DNA of 64,000 nt, from assembly GCA_963739455.1 (NCBI GenBank), contig CAVUAK010000001.1:2080001-2144000 (forward strand), in the 5' to 3' direction. Below the pieces are notes generated by a model that saw only the letters and a program-made list of their open reading frames with translations, did not search any database and had not been told where the DNA came from. Shown piece after piece: positions 52,392 to 62,819 of the stretch. A program made the position numbers and the translations under genes. Positions within the stretch are counted from its first letter, which is position 1; the number at the start of each line of letters is the position of its first letter. The stretch is from an uncultured Gemmatimonadales bacterium. GTDB taxonomy: Bacteria; Gemmatimonadota; Gemmatimonadetes; Gemmatimonadales; GWC2-71-9.

Positions 52392-54895
52392 ATGGAACGA
52401 ATCAATCCCGGCGTCTGCACCTACCTGGCCCAGCAAATCGCGGCCGCGGAAGGACGCGAGGTCTCGTTCGTCGCCGAGCTCGATCGCGACGGCGTGATCA
52501 CCGCTGCCCGCGCCGTGGCGCGCGGCACGGTCGATCGCGTGCTGGCGCTGCCCGGCATCGCGCAGACCGGGCGAGATGCTGCTGCACAACCACCCGAGCG
52601 GGCACCTCTCGCCGTCAGGTGCCGACCTCGCCGTCGCGGCGCAGCTGCACGACAACGGCGTCGGTTTCGGCATCATCTCCAATGATGCCACGCGGCTGTA
52701 TGTCGTGGTCGAGGTGCCGAAGGGCCGCACCGAGACGAAGCTCGACACCCTCAGCGTGGTGGCGGAGCTGGGCGAGCATGGTGCGGTGGCCGTGGCCATG
52801 GGGCAGTTCGAGGACCGGCAGAGCCAGCGCGACATGTGCGCCCACATCGCCGACGCGTACAACGATGGTGGCGTGCTCATGCTCGAGGCTGGCACGGGTG
52901 TCGGCAAGAGCTTCGCCTATCTCGTTCCGGCGCTCGCGTGGGCGCGCGCCAATGGTGAGCGCACGGTCGTCAGCACCAACACCATCAACCTGCAGGAACA
53001 GCTGGTCGGGAAGGATCTGCCCTTCCTGCGTGACGCGCTTCGCACCGACACGCACGAGCCATCATTTGCGCTGCTCAAGGGCTGGCGCAACTACCTCTGC
53101 CTGGCCCGGCTGCACCAGGCGGTCGGCGCGCAGCGCACCCTGCTCGAGGCCGACAAGCTCGACGAGCTCACCTCCGTCGCCTCGTGGGCGAGCCGCACCC
53201 CTGACGGGTCGCTGAGCGACCTTCCCTCCGCGCCAAGTCCCGAGGTGTGGGACGAGGTGAGCGCCGAGTCCGACCTGTGTCCCGCGCCTGCAATGCGAGC
53301 ATTTCGATCGCTGCTTCGTGTTTCGCGCGCGGCGGCAGGCGGCGCAGGCCGACGTGGTGGTGGTGAACCATCACCTGCTCGCGGCCGACCTCCAGGTGCG
53401 GCAGGCCAGTGACAACTGGCAGGAGGCCGCGGTGCTGCCGCCGTACCAGCGGATCGTGCTCGACGAGGCGCACCATCTCGAGGATGTCGCTGCCGGTCAC
53501 CTCGGCACGCAGGTGTCGAGTCGCGGTGTGCGCCGCCTCCTCGGCCGGTTCGAGCGCAACGGGCGCGGACTGATTCCCACCCTGTTTCACGAGCTGCGCT
53601 CCATCGACGACCTGCTCGCGCGCGCCAGCCTGGACCTGCTGCGCGATCGCCTGGTGCCGGCGCTGGCCGATGCGCGCCGCGCGTCAGACCAGCTGTTCAC
53701 CCGACTGGTGGGATTGCTCGACGAGGCACCGGGCGGGCAGCGTCGGCTGGACGCTGACTTCGCGGCCGACCCGGTGTGGGCGGCGGGGCTGGAGGCGGAA
53801 CTCGAGGCAGCACTGCGTGCCTTCCAGGTGCTGCGCGATTCGGTGGAGACCATTGCGGGGCGTCTCGAACAGGCTGACGTCTCCGAGCGCCGCTTGCGGC
53901 TGCTGCAGGAACTGAGGGCGGTGCTGGGTCGCCTCGGTGTGGTATCGGACGGACTCGTTCATACGCTCCGCCCAGCGGCATCCGATGATCCGGTCGTGCG
54001 ATGGATCGAGCGGACCGGCAAGCGCGGCGGCGACATGAAGCTGGCGGCGGTGCCGCTCGACCTGGCGCCGGTGCTGCGGGAGTTGCTCTTCGAGAAGGCA
54101 AAGACCATCGTGCTCACCAGCGCCACGCTGGCGGCGTCCGGCGACTTCGGCTTCATGGAGGGCCGCCTTGGGCTCTCCGGTGGCGATTCACCGGTTACGG
54201 TGCGCGAGACGTTTCCGTCGCCGTTCGACTACCCGAGCCAGTGCGTCTTCGGCATTCCCACTGACATTCCCGATCCGCGCGAAGACGAGGCAGGCCACGC
54301 ATCGGCCACGCTCTCGGCGATCATCGACCTCGCGTACGCATCCGACGGTGGCATGTTCGCCCTGTTCACCAGCCACGCAGCACTGCAGCGCACCGCGGCC
54401 GCACTGCGCCAGGCAGTGGGAAGCCGGTGGCCGCTGCTGGTGCAGGGCGAGGCATCGCGGGACCAGCTCCTGCGCCGCTTCCGCGAAGCGGGCAACGCCA
54501 TCCTGCTCGGGACCGACTCGTTCTGGGAAGGCGTCGACGTGCCGGGTCGCGCGCTCCGCGCCCTCGTCCTGTGCAAGCTACCTTTCAAGGTGCCCAGCGA
54601 GCCGCTCACCTCGGCGCGGCTGGAGCGACTGGCAGAGCAGGGAGAGGACGGCTTCATGGGATACCTGCTTCCCCATGCCGCGCTCAAGCTGAAGCAGGGT
54701 TTCGGGCGCCTCATCCGGAGCCAGCGCGATGTCGGGGTGGTGGTGCTGCTCGACAGCCGAGTCACCACCAAGCGGTACGGTCCGCTGGTGCTGGGCGGGC
54801 TGCCGCGCGCGGAGCGGATCATCGCGCCGTGGGCCCAGGTGCGGATCAAGTGTGAAGACTTCTTCGCCCGTCACGGTATCGGGGCCCCGGTATGA
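52392..54895 (+). CDS. DinG-family helicase with N-terminal JAB/RadC-like domain (frameshifts near 52570 and 53285)
   Basis: HNHPSG..SPS.AD, EAGTGVGKS, NYLC, DEAH, TSATL, SFWEGVDVPG, KQGFGRLIR. Confidence 0.9.
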
Positions 54896-55515
54896 CGCTT
54901 GTGGTGCAACCATCGAAGATTGTCTGCATCGGCCGCAACTATGCGGAGCATGCAAAGGAACTCGGCAATGAGGTGCCGAAGGAACCACTCATCTTCCTCA
55001 AGCCGCCCAGCGCGCTGTTGCCACCGGAAGGCACCATCATCATGCCCAGGGTGTCACGACAGGTGGAGTTCGAGGGTGAGATCGGGGTGGTCATCGGGAA
55101 GAAGGCGCATCATGTCGACGAGGCGAACGCGGAGTCGTTCATTGCCGGGTACACCTGCGTCAACGACGTGACTTGCCGCGACCTGCAGAAGACCGATGGG
55201 CAATGGACCCGGGCCAAGGGGTTCGACACCTTCTGCCCCGTGGGCCCGCGGGTTGTCCTGCTGGACTGGCGCACCCTGTCTGTGGTGACTCGGCTGAACG
55301 GCGTCGAGCGGCAGCGGGCCCCTTCGAGCGACATGATCTTTTCCATTCCGCGGCTGGTGGCGCACGTCAGCGCCATCATGACGCTCGAGCCGGGCGACCT
55401 CATCGCCACCGGCACGCCGGCGGGAGTGGGTCCGCTGGCGCCAGGTGACGTCGTGGAGGTCGAGATCCCCGGCATCGGCATTCTCTCGAACTACGTCGCG
55501 CAGGAGTCGCAATGA
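54892..55515 (+). CDS. Fumarylacetoacetate hydrolase family protein
   Basis: CIGRNY..H, FLKP, EGE, NDVT, KGFDTFCP, TGTPAGVG. Confidence 0.92.
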   Translation: MTLVVQPSKIVCIGRNYAEHAKELGNEVPKEPLIFLKPPSALLPPEGTIIMPRVSRQVEFEGEIGVVIGKKAHHVDEANAESFIAGYTCVNDVTCRDLQKTDGQWTRAKGFDTFCPVGPRVVLLDWRTLSVVTRLNGVERQRAPSSDMIFSIPRLVAHVSAIMTLEPGDLIATGTPAGVGPLAPGDVVEVEIPGIGILSNYVAQESQ

Positions 55516-56708
55516 TCCGCTTCAGTGACCGGCTGCAGGCACTGCCGGGCTATCCCCTCGCGGAAATTCCGTCGATCAAGCGCCGGCTCATCGAGTCGGG
55601 GATGGACGTCATCGACCTGGGTGCCGGTGACAATGACACGCCGCCACCAGATAGCGTGATAGCCGCCATGAACGAGGCCCTCAAGCAGCCGGGCTTGAGC
55701 AAGTACGGCTTCCAGCAGGGGCTCATGTCGTACCGCCAGGCGGTGTCGCGCTGGGTGGAGCGCCGGTTCGGCATTCACTTCGACCCCGCCACCGAGACGC
55801 TGCCGCTGCTCGGGTCCAAGGAGGGGCTCTCGCACCTGCCGCTCATGGTGGTGAACCAGGGTGACGTGGTGCTGGTGCCGGAGCCGGGATATCAGGCGTA
55901 CATCGGCGGCGCGATCCTGTCCGGCGCGGTGCCGCACATCTGTCCGCTCCGTGCCGATCGCAAGTTCCTGCTCGAGCTGGACGACGTGCCGGCAGATGTG
56001 CTCAAGCGGGCGAAGCTGGTCTTCGCGAACTACCCGAACAACCCGACGGCCGCTGTAGCCAACACGGAGTACCTCACGCGACTGGTGAACAACTGCCGCA
56101 AGCACGGTATCCTGCTCGCCTACGACAATGCGTACAGTGAACTGACATACGACGGGTATCGGGCGCCCAGCATCTTCGAGATCCCCGGCGCGCGAGATGT
56201 CGCCATCGAGTTCTTCTCACTCTCCAAGAGCTACTCGATGACCGGCTGGCGTATCGGTTTCGCGGTGGGTCGGAGCGAACTGATCGGTGCGCTGACGCGG
56301 GTCAAGTCGTACGTCGACACCGGGCCCTGGCTGGCGATCCAGCAGGCTGCCGTCACGGCGCTGGACAACTCGGATGCGCTTGTGGCGCCAGTGCGCGCCG
56401 AACTGGAGCGCAGGCGGGACGCCGGTGTTGCGGCACTCAACGCGAATGGTATTCCCTGCGAGGCACCGCACGCGGCGATGTATCTCTGGGTCCCGCTGCC
56501 TGCAGGCGTGGCGTCGGCGCCCTTCACCCGGCGTGTACTGGAGGAAACCGGGGTCGTGCTGCTGCCGGGCAGCGGGTTCGGGCCGGCAGGAGAGGGCTAT
56601 TTCCGGATCGCGCTCACCGTCGGGGCGCCGCGACTGGAAGAGGCGGCACGGCGCATCGCGTCGGTGCTCGCCTCCACGCCGCGCAACGAACTCACGGCGG
56701 CGCGCTAG
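55512..56708 (+). CDS. Class I/II PLP aminotransferase (LL-DAP aminotransferase-like)
   Basis: GSKEGLSH, NYPNNPT, DNAYSE, SLSKSYSMTGWRIG, GEGYFRI. Confidence 0.85.
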   Translation: MIRFSDRLQALPGYPLAEIPSIKRRLIESGMDVIDLGAGDNDTPPPDSVIAAMNEALKQPGLSKYGFQQGLMSYRQAVSRWVERRFGIHFDPATETLPLLGSKEGLSHLPLMVVNQGDVVLVPEPGYQAYIGGAILSGAVPHICPLRADRKFLLELDDVPADVLKRAKLVFANYPNNPTAAVANTEYLTRLVNNCRKHGILLAYDNAYSELTYDGYRAPSIFEIPGARDVAIEFFSLSKSYSMTGWRIGFAVGRSELIGALTRVKSYVDTGPWLAIQQAAVTALDNSDALVAPVRAELERRRDAGVAALNANGIPCEAPHAAMYLWVPLPAGVASAPFTRRVLEETGVVLLPGSGFGPAGEGYFRIALTVGAPRLEEAARRIASVLASTPRNELTAAR

Positions 56709-56711
56709 CCG

Positions 56712-57164
56712 ATGAAGCTGCTCGACACCGACGAGACGATCCTGCTCGTCACCGGCACCGGCATCGCTGCCGAAGAGCGGGACCGGCCGCTGGCCTACTG
56801 GCTCAAGGGCGAAATCGACCAGCGGGGAGCGTCGCATCCGTACCGTCGTGGCATCGTGGTGGGGGACGCCTGGTATGTCGAGAACCGGATCTTCCAGCTC
56901 AATCCCGCCATCACCATTGGCGGGCCGGGAGTAAACACGGCGGCCCGGGAACTCTCCGAGTCGCTGCCGGTGGTTCACAGCGAGGAAGACAGGGTGTTCG
57001 TGCAGATGGGTACGTCTGGGGAGGCGGCGAAGGTGTGCCTCTGGGGTGCCGACCTGGCCGCAACCGCGCGCGCGGTGCAGCTGTTCGTGCACGAAGGAAT
57101 GCTGGAGGAGATGCTGGGCCGCCTGTGGCGGCCCCGTCCGGATGGCGGTGGCGTCTACGTCTGA
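56712..57164 (+). CDS. Hypothetical protein
   Basis: Clean ORF 3 nt after the upstream stop; DRPLAY and IGGPGVN motifs. Confidence 0.7.
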   Translation: MKLLDTDETILLVTGTGIAAEERDRPLAYWLKGEIDQRGASHPYRRGIVVGDAWYVENRIFQLNPAITIGGPGVNTAARELSESLPVVHSEEDRVFVQMGTSGEAAKVCLWGADLAATARAVQLFVHEGMLEEMLGRLWRPRPDGGGVYV

Positions 57165-57740
57165 TCAGTCACCCAGCAGGTCCTCGAGTGCCTTGTCCAC
57201 CACTTCAGTCGTCTTTCCCTCGATCAATCGCCGCAGGATATCCGCCGCCTCGAGAGGCAGGTTGCCGGGATGCACCCGGTCCTTGTCGAACCGCACGATG
57301 TGTCCCAGCGGAAAGGCGACCAGGTTATCGCTCATCTCCTCATCGTCGTCTTCCACCGTCGCGTCGTAGCTCGCGCCGGGCACCGATGCGGCCCACGGCT
57401 CGGCCTCTTCCTCCGGCTCCTCGTCGGTGAGGCCGGGCGGAAGCTGGAGCAAGGCATACAACTGACATTGAAGGCCGGGGGCTGCCTCACGGGCCACCAG
57501 CACCACCGGCACCGGGTTGCCGAACAGGTCGTGCTCGGTGACCTGGGACCACATCTCGGGCGGCATGACGTAACGCGCGATGAGGCGCGTGTCGTGGTAG
57601 GTGGCCATGCAGACCATGCCCTCAGGGGTGCGCTCGTCGTCGATCAGGCCCACGCGCAGGGCTACGGGCTCCTCGGCGGCTGCGTACGCCGCCGGCGGGC
57701 CGTCGCCCTCAGGGAGCTCAACGGGTTCGGGTTTGGACAT
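57165..57740 (-). CDS. Acidic hypothetical protein
   Basis: ATG at 57740 preceded by TATCTT; typical codon use. Confidence 0.7.
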   Translation of the reverse strand: MSKPEPVELPEGDGPPAAYAAAEEPVALRVGLIDDERTPEGMVCMATYHDTRLIARYVMPPEMWSQVTEHDLFGNPVPVVLVAREAAPGLQCQLYALLQLPPGLTDEEPEEEAEPWAASVPGASYDATVEDDDEEMSDNLVAFPLGHIVRFDKDRVHPGNLPLEAADILRRLIEGKTTEVVDKALEDLLGD

Positions 57741-57753
57741 TGGGGAAAGATAA

Positions 57754-57785
57754 GACGTGAGGGCGTGAGGACGTGAGGACTTGAG
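57754..57785. repeat. 4x octamer tandem GACGTGAG
   Basis: gacgtgag ggcgtgag gacgtgag gacttgag; same unit as at 52307. Confidence 0.8.
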
Positions 57786-57822
57786 GAAAGAGCCGCCGGG
57801 CGCTGTTACATGCGCCCGGAGC

Positions 57823-59271
57823 CTAAGCCGGAGCGGTGTCCTGGGATCGCGATAGCGCCGCGCGGATGCGGGCGAGGCTCTCGTCCCGGCCGACCACGGC
57901 GAGCAGTTCGTTGACCGGCTCGGACACGGTGCCGCCGGTGAGCGCGACGCGCACCGGCTGCATGGCATCGCCAAGCTTGACGCCATTGGCCTCGGCGGCC
58001 TGCTTCACCGTCTCCAGGAGCCGATCGGGCGTCCATTCCTCGTTCGAGAGTGGCTCGAGCGCGCCGAGCGCGAGGGCGAGACTGCTACCGAACGCCGGGC
58101 CCATCTTCTTGAGCAGCTTCTCTGCCTTTTCATCGATGACGATCCGGCTGGCATCGAGCCGCACCGCCACCTGCTCAGCGAGCTGCAGCACCGTGCGCGA
58201 GCGCGCCTTCGCGGCGTCGATCAGTGGGTGGAGGTTGCGTCCCTTCGCATCGACACCCATTCGCTCGAGTTGCCGCGTGACCGGGGCGAGCAGGTCATCG
58301 GCAGGCGTGCTGGACAGGTACTGCCCGTTCATCCACTCGAGCTTCGCGGTATCGAACACTGCCGGCTTGCTCTGGATGCCCTCGAGCGAGAAGAGCTCGA
58401 CCAGGTCCTCGCCGGTGAGCACCTCGCGATCGCCGCCGGGCGACCAGCCCAGCAGGGCGAGGAAGTTCCGCATCGCCGACGGCAGGATGCCCTGGTCCTG
58501 GTAGTCGCCGACGGCGGTGGCACCGTGCCGCTTGGAGAGCTTCTTCCCGTCGGTGCCCAGGATCATCGGGACGTGGGCAAACACCGGGAGCAGTGCGCCA
58601 AGGGCCTGGTACAGCGCGATCTGCTTCGGCGTGTTGGAGACGTGGTCGTCTCCCCGCATGACGTGGGTAATCCGCATCGCGATGTCGTCTGACACCACGG
58701 CAAGGTTGTAGATCGCCGAGCCATCGGACCGGAGGATCACGAAGTCGTCGATGTCGCGGCCCTGGAAGCTGATCCGTCCGTGCACCGCGTCCTGCCACGC
58801 GAGTTCCGCGTCGGGAACGGCGAACCGGATGACGAAGGGGTCGCCGGCAGCCAGGCGACGCGCCTCTTCCTCCGCAGTCAGGGTCCAGCGGGCGCGCTCG
58901 TACCGGTACGCCCGCCCGGCAGCGACGGCAATCTTGCGCTCCCCGTCGAGCTCCTCGGCGGTAGCGAAGCAGCGGTAGGCCAGTCCATCAGCAAGCAGGC
59001 GCTCGGCGTCGGCGCGATGCCGCGGGCCATCGGCCCCCTGGAAGTACGGGCCCTCGTCCCAGGTGACGCCGAGCCAGGTGAGCCCCTCGAGGATCACCTG
59101 GGTGTGGGCGTCGGTGCTGCGCTCCTTGTCGGTGTCCTCGATGCGGAGCACGAAGGTGCCGCCGGTCTTCCGGGCATAGAGCCAGTTGAACAGCGCCGTA
59201 CGGGCTCCACCGACGTGCAGGTAGCCGGTGGGGGAGGGCGCAAATCGGACGCGAACGGGGGAGTCTGTCAC
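57823..59271 (-). CDS. gltX: Glutamate--tRNA ligase
   Basis: RFAPSPTGYLHVGG, RIEDTD, RGDDH, KKLSKR. Confidence 0.97.
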   Translation of the reverse strand: MTDSPVRVRFAPSPTGYLHVGGARTALFNWLYARKTGGTFVLRIEDTDKERSTDAHTQVILEGLTWLGVTWDEGPYFQGADGPRHRADAERLLADGLAYRCFATAEELDGERKIAVAAGRAYRYERARWTLTAEEEARRLAAGDPFVIRFAVPDAELAWQDAVHGRISFQGRDIDDFVILRSDGSAIYNLAVVSDDIAMRITHVMRGDDHVSNTPKQIALYQALGALLPVFAHVPMILGTDGKKLSKRHGATAVGDYQDQGILPSAMRNFLALLGWSPGGDREVLTGEDLVELFSLEGIQSKPAVFDTAKLEWMNGQYLSSTPADDLLAPVTRQLERMGVDAKGRNLHPLIDAAKARSRTVLQLAEQVAVRLDASRIVIDEKAEKLLKKMGPAFGSSLALALGALEPLSNEEWTPDRLLETVKQAAEANGVKLGDAMQPVRVALTGGTVSEPVNELLAVVGRDESLARIRAALSRSQDTAPA

Positions 59272-59299
59272 AGGTACCGCAATGGAAGGATTGAACTTA

Positions 59300-59391
59300 C
59301 GGAGCGGGAGGGATTCGAACCCTCGTTAAGGGCTTTAGACCCCTAAAACGGTTTAGCAAACCGCCGCCTTCAGCCTCTCGGCCACCGCTCC
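59300..59391 (-). tRNA. tRNA-Ser(GCU), CCA not encoded
   Basis: GGAGCGG/CCGCTCC acceptor, anticodon loop TTGCTAA, long variable arm, GGTTCGAATCC. Confidence 0.95.
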
Positions 59392-59451
59392 AATTCGTGC
59401 CGCACTAACATAAGCCCGGGCCTGACCCAGCCAAAGGGGCGGATCCGGTTC

Positions 59452-60278
59452 CTATCGGGCCGCCGCCTCGGCCTGGTCGGCCCGCTTCTCCATGGCGCTC
59501 CAGCGGAAGAACAGGATCGCCATCGATACCCACATGATCGGGTCGGCGATGGCCTTCATGAGGAGACCGGCCAGCTGCTGGTCACTGTGGGCCTGGATGT
59601 CGCCCACACGCGGCGCCAGCTCGTACAGCTTGTACGCCGGGAGCGCCGAGAAGGTAAGCATGGCCGCGGGAATGGTGGGAACGATGGTGGCCGCGAAGAG
59701 ATAGCCGATCTTCAGTGGCTCATTCGAGCCGGGCGATGCCCGGCGGGGCGAGCACTGGCCACCACAGGGCCAGCCCGCTCAGGAACCAGGCGGCATCGAT
59801 GGTGAACGAGCCGAGTTGCGATGCCATCAGTGCATCGGTGACCGTCGGCACGTGCGTCACCAGCAGCACGGCGTTGAACACCACCAGCCCGAAAATGCCG
59901 CCCGCCGCCCGATGAAGAATCTGTGACCATCGTGGCGCCGCACCCAGCCTGCGCCACGCATCGGGCGGCACGCCAAGCAGGAGGAAGGGTGGCGCTACCT
60001 GGCTCAGCATCAGCCACTGCACGGAGTGCATGCTGGCGAGGTAACCGCCGCCGAGCGTGCCAATGGGCCAGTCGAGGGCTGCCCATACCAGCAGCAACCC
60101 CAGCAGGAAGGTGAGGACTCGTCCTGATCCCCACGGCGAGCGTCGCGTCCGCCGACATCGCGCGCTTCCTGCCCCGGAAATAGAGCAGCGCAATCAGGGC
60201 GACGACGAGCCACACACCGGGATACGGCCGCCATTCCCAGCTCCACGGCGTGTTCGTGGCAGAGCACCACCAGTTCAT
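59452..60278 (-). CDS. Cytochrome c oxidase assembly factor CtaG (caa3 type; frameshifts near 60130 and 59710)
   Basis: DWPI..L..GYLASMHSVQ, VAPPFLLLG, LWWPV, DQQLAGLLMK. Confidence 0.8.
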
Positions 60279-60736
60279 CGTGCGAATGTCGCTTTCATGG
60301 CGCGTCGCTGTACGCAGCGCACCGGGAGCATGAGCGATACGGTGCCCGCTCGGGCGAACGTGAGTGTCACGGGGATCGAGTCGCCCGGCCGGGGCAACCG
60401 GTCGAGTGTCATGAGCATGAGGTGTGTTCCACCCGGGCGCAGGACGAGGCTGTCACCAGCAGGCACGACGGGCGCCTCAAGGTGCGTCATGCGAACCATG
60501 CCGCCATCCTGCACCTGGCCGTGGAGCATTGCACCTGCCGCGATCGGTGACGCGATGCCGAGCAGCGTATCGGGCTGGCGGCCACCGTTGACGATGGTGA
60601 AGTAGCCGGCGGCCTCGGACTGGGTCGGGGGCGCAAAGCTGTAGGCGCCATGCACCTCGAGGTCACCGACCGCAACGACACCGGCATCGCGCGCGGTGCA
60701 GGCGCCTGCCAGCAACAGCAGGCACACCATCTTCAC
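60275..60736 (-). CDS. Copper chaperone PCu(A)C
   Basis: Lipobox LAGAC, AGYFTIVN, LH...GMVRM, LRPGGTHLML. Confidence 0.85.
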   Translation of the reverse strand: MKMVCLLLLAGACTARDAGVVAVGDLEVHGAYSFAPPTQSEAAGYFTIVNGGRQPDTLLGIASPIAAGAMLHGQVQDGGMVRMTHLEAPVVPAGDSLVLRPGGTHLMLMTLDRLPRPGDSIPVTLTFARAGTVSLMLPVRCVQRRAMKATFAR

Positions 60737-61389
60737 GAGGGGCTGTTCGGCCAGGCGACGAGCAGGGGAAGGTCGTGCGCCCAGTTGGCCTGCCGGAAGC
60801 CGAACGGATAGAGGAAGCGGCAGATGTTGTCGGGCGTGCATGCGTAAACGTACGCCGCGTGCCCCACGAGGTAGCTTCCCGCACCAGCCCCTGCCGTCGT
60901 GTCCTTCTCGGACGGCGGAAGATGCGCTGCCGTCTCGGCGGCCCTGATCTCCGGAACGCTTCCGGTCAACCCGATGAAGGTCGGGTCGAAGGCGTCGAGC
61001 CAGGCTCGCAGGCGAGGGGCTGTGTCGCGCTCCGGGTCGTTGGTGACAAACACGACCTTGATCCGGCTGGCCTCGGGGGCTGGCATATTCTTGAGCGTCT
61101 GGGCGATGTTCGACATGTGCACCGGACAGACGTCAGGGCAGTGGGTATAACCGAAGAAGAGCAGTGTGACGTATCCGCTGGTTTCCTTGCGGAAGTCGAA
61201 GGGTCGCCCCTGCGTGTCGGTAAGCGTGAAGGTGGGTTTTTCCTGGGGCGGCGACAGGGCGAGGCCGAGGACCTGGCTGGTGGTATCCGCAGGGGCGCCG
61301 GCCGCGGCAGGCGCCTTTCCAGCCGGGCGACACGATACGAGACCGGTTGCGAGGAGGATCACCACGAGATGCTGAGCAATGTTAGGCAC
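60733..61389 (-). CDS. SCO family copper chaperone
   Basis: FFGYTHCPDVCP, DPERDT, YLVGH. Confidence 0.92.
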   Translation of the reverse strand: MPNIAQHLVVILLATGLVSCRPAGKAPAAAGAPADTTSQVLGLALSPPQEKPTFTLTDTQGRPFDFRKETSGYVTLLFFGYTHCPDVCPVHMSNIAQTLKNMPAPEASRIKVVFVTNDPERDTAPRLRAWLDAFDPTFIGLTGSVPEIRAAETAAHLPPSEKDTTAGAGAGSYLVGHAAYVYACTPDNICRFLYPFGFRQANWAHDLPLLVAWPNSPS

Positions 61390-61426
61390 TGCGGAATTTA
61401 CCGGGCCGGAGGAGGTGCGGGCAACC

Positions 61427-61893
61427 ATGCGGCGCGCAGCTGCGCGGGCATGATTGCCGCCGGTTTCCTGTTCCTGTCAGGGTGCGGATCACGGCCGGGC
61501 GCCGGGGCCACGGGGCTCGCCGGCGACATCGAGGTGACGCATGCCGTTGCGTGGGGCGCGGCGGACCTGAAGGCCGCAACAGTGGGGATGGAGATCAGGA
61601 ACGATGGTGACATCACCGATACGCTGGTGGCTGTCACGTCACCGGCCGGCAATGCGACGCTGCACACCGAGGCACCGGGGCAGGGGATGCGCCCTGTCGC
61701 GGCACTGCCACTGCCCCGGCGGAGCGCCATCAGGATCGGCCGCGGCTTGCACGTGATGATCGAGGGTCTGCCGGCGGCGCCCACTGCTGGAAAGGCAATA
61801 CCGGTGACGCTCCGGTTCGCGCATGCGGGACCGATGGAGTTGTCGATCCCGGTGCTGCGCTACTCGGAGGCGCTCACCGTGTTGGGCGAGTGA
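61427..61893 (+). CDS. Second, divergent PCu(A)C-like lipoprotein (in-frame ATG 61450; SD-preceded ATG 61427 is out of frame)
   Basis: LSGC lipobox, DTLVAVTSP, LH...GMRPV, GLHVM, TLRFAHAG. Confidence 0.7.
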
Positions 61894-62387
61894 CGGGCGT
61901 GCCGGGGCAGGCGGTGCGACGATAGGCGAAGAGGACCTGGCTGTCGCCCGGTGCGGGCCCGGCGGCGATCCGCGCAATCACGGAGTCGGCACCTCGCTTC
62001 CGATAGGCAATGAGCTTGGGGAAGTCGTGCCGAGGGTTCTCGAACTGCAGCAGTGTGTCAGACACGACCGTGGCGGTGAACACTGCCGCGGGCTGCATGA
62101 CCGGGTGCGCCTCGTAGTCGATGCGGCCATCACGTTCACGGATGAGCACCAGCTCGTAGTCGTCGAGCCGCCCCGCCTTGATGGTCCGACCCATGCCGAG
62201 CATGGTGCCACCGGCCGGCGTCATCCACTGCTCCTCGATTGTGGTGGTGCCGCGCTGCATGACTCCAGCACCCCGCCAGCCATGCGGCACTCGCGATGGA
62301 CGGCGGCGCCTGCGCTGCCGCTGTTTCACCCGCAAGCACGAGCAGCGTTCCCGCCACACATCCGCGCCACACGCCCGACATGTCCAT
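61874..62387 (-). CDS. DUF6265-like secreted protein (frameshift near 62255)
   Basis: WLAGCW, EEQWM.P.GG.MLG, FENP.HDFP..I.Y. Confidence 0.7.
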
Positions 62388-62395
62388 GAGTGGCC

Positions 62396-62819
62396 CTACC
62401 AGACCTTGATGTACCAGTCGCGCGCAGCCGCCTCGCCCGTGACGCTCCAGTCCGCGCGCTGCAGCGTGAAGTAGCGAACAGTGCTGTGCTCTGCTCCGTC
62501 CGCGCCGGGCGCGGTGACCGTGGCACGGGCAATCACGTTGTCGCTGAAGCCGCGAAGGCCGGTGATACGCACCTGGATCGCGGTATCAGCAAGCATCCGC
62601 TGGGCCAGCGCCGGGTCGATGACATACCCTTCCTTCGTCTCCTGGCTGGCGATCGACGACTGCCGCCGGTCCTGTGCCACCCAGCGCGCGACTGGCCTGG
62701 GTTCCCTCAGGCGGGGCGGCCGGCTTGGTCGAGACGTACTGGGCCACAAACACGAGGAGCATCACGGCGAGCAGGAACAGCACGAAGCCGCCGGAGCCCT
62801 TGCCATCACGATTGGTCAT
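62396..62819 (-). CDS. Membrane-anchored hypothetical protein (frameshift near 62700)
   Basis: MTNRDGKGSGGFVLFLLAVMLL TM; continuation in the 62396-62749 frame. Confidence 0.5.
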
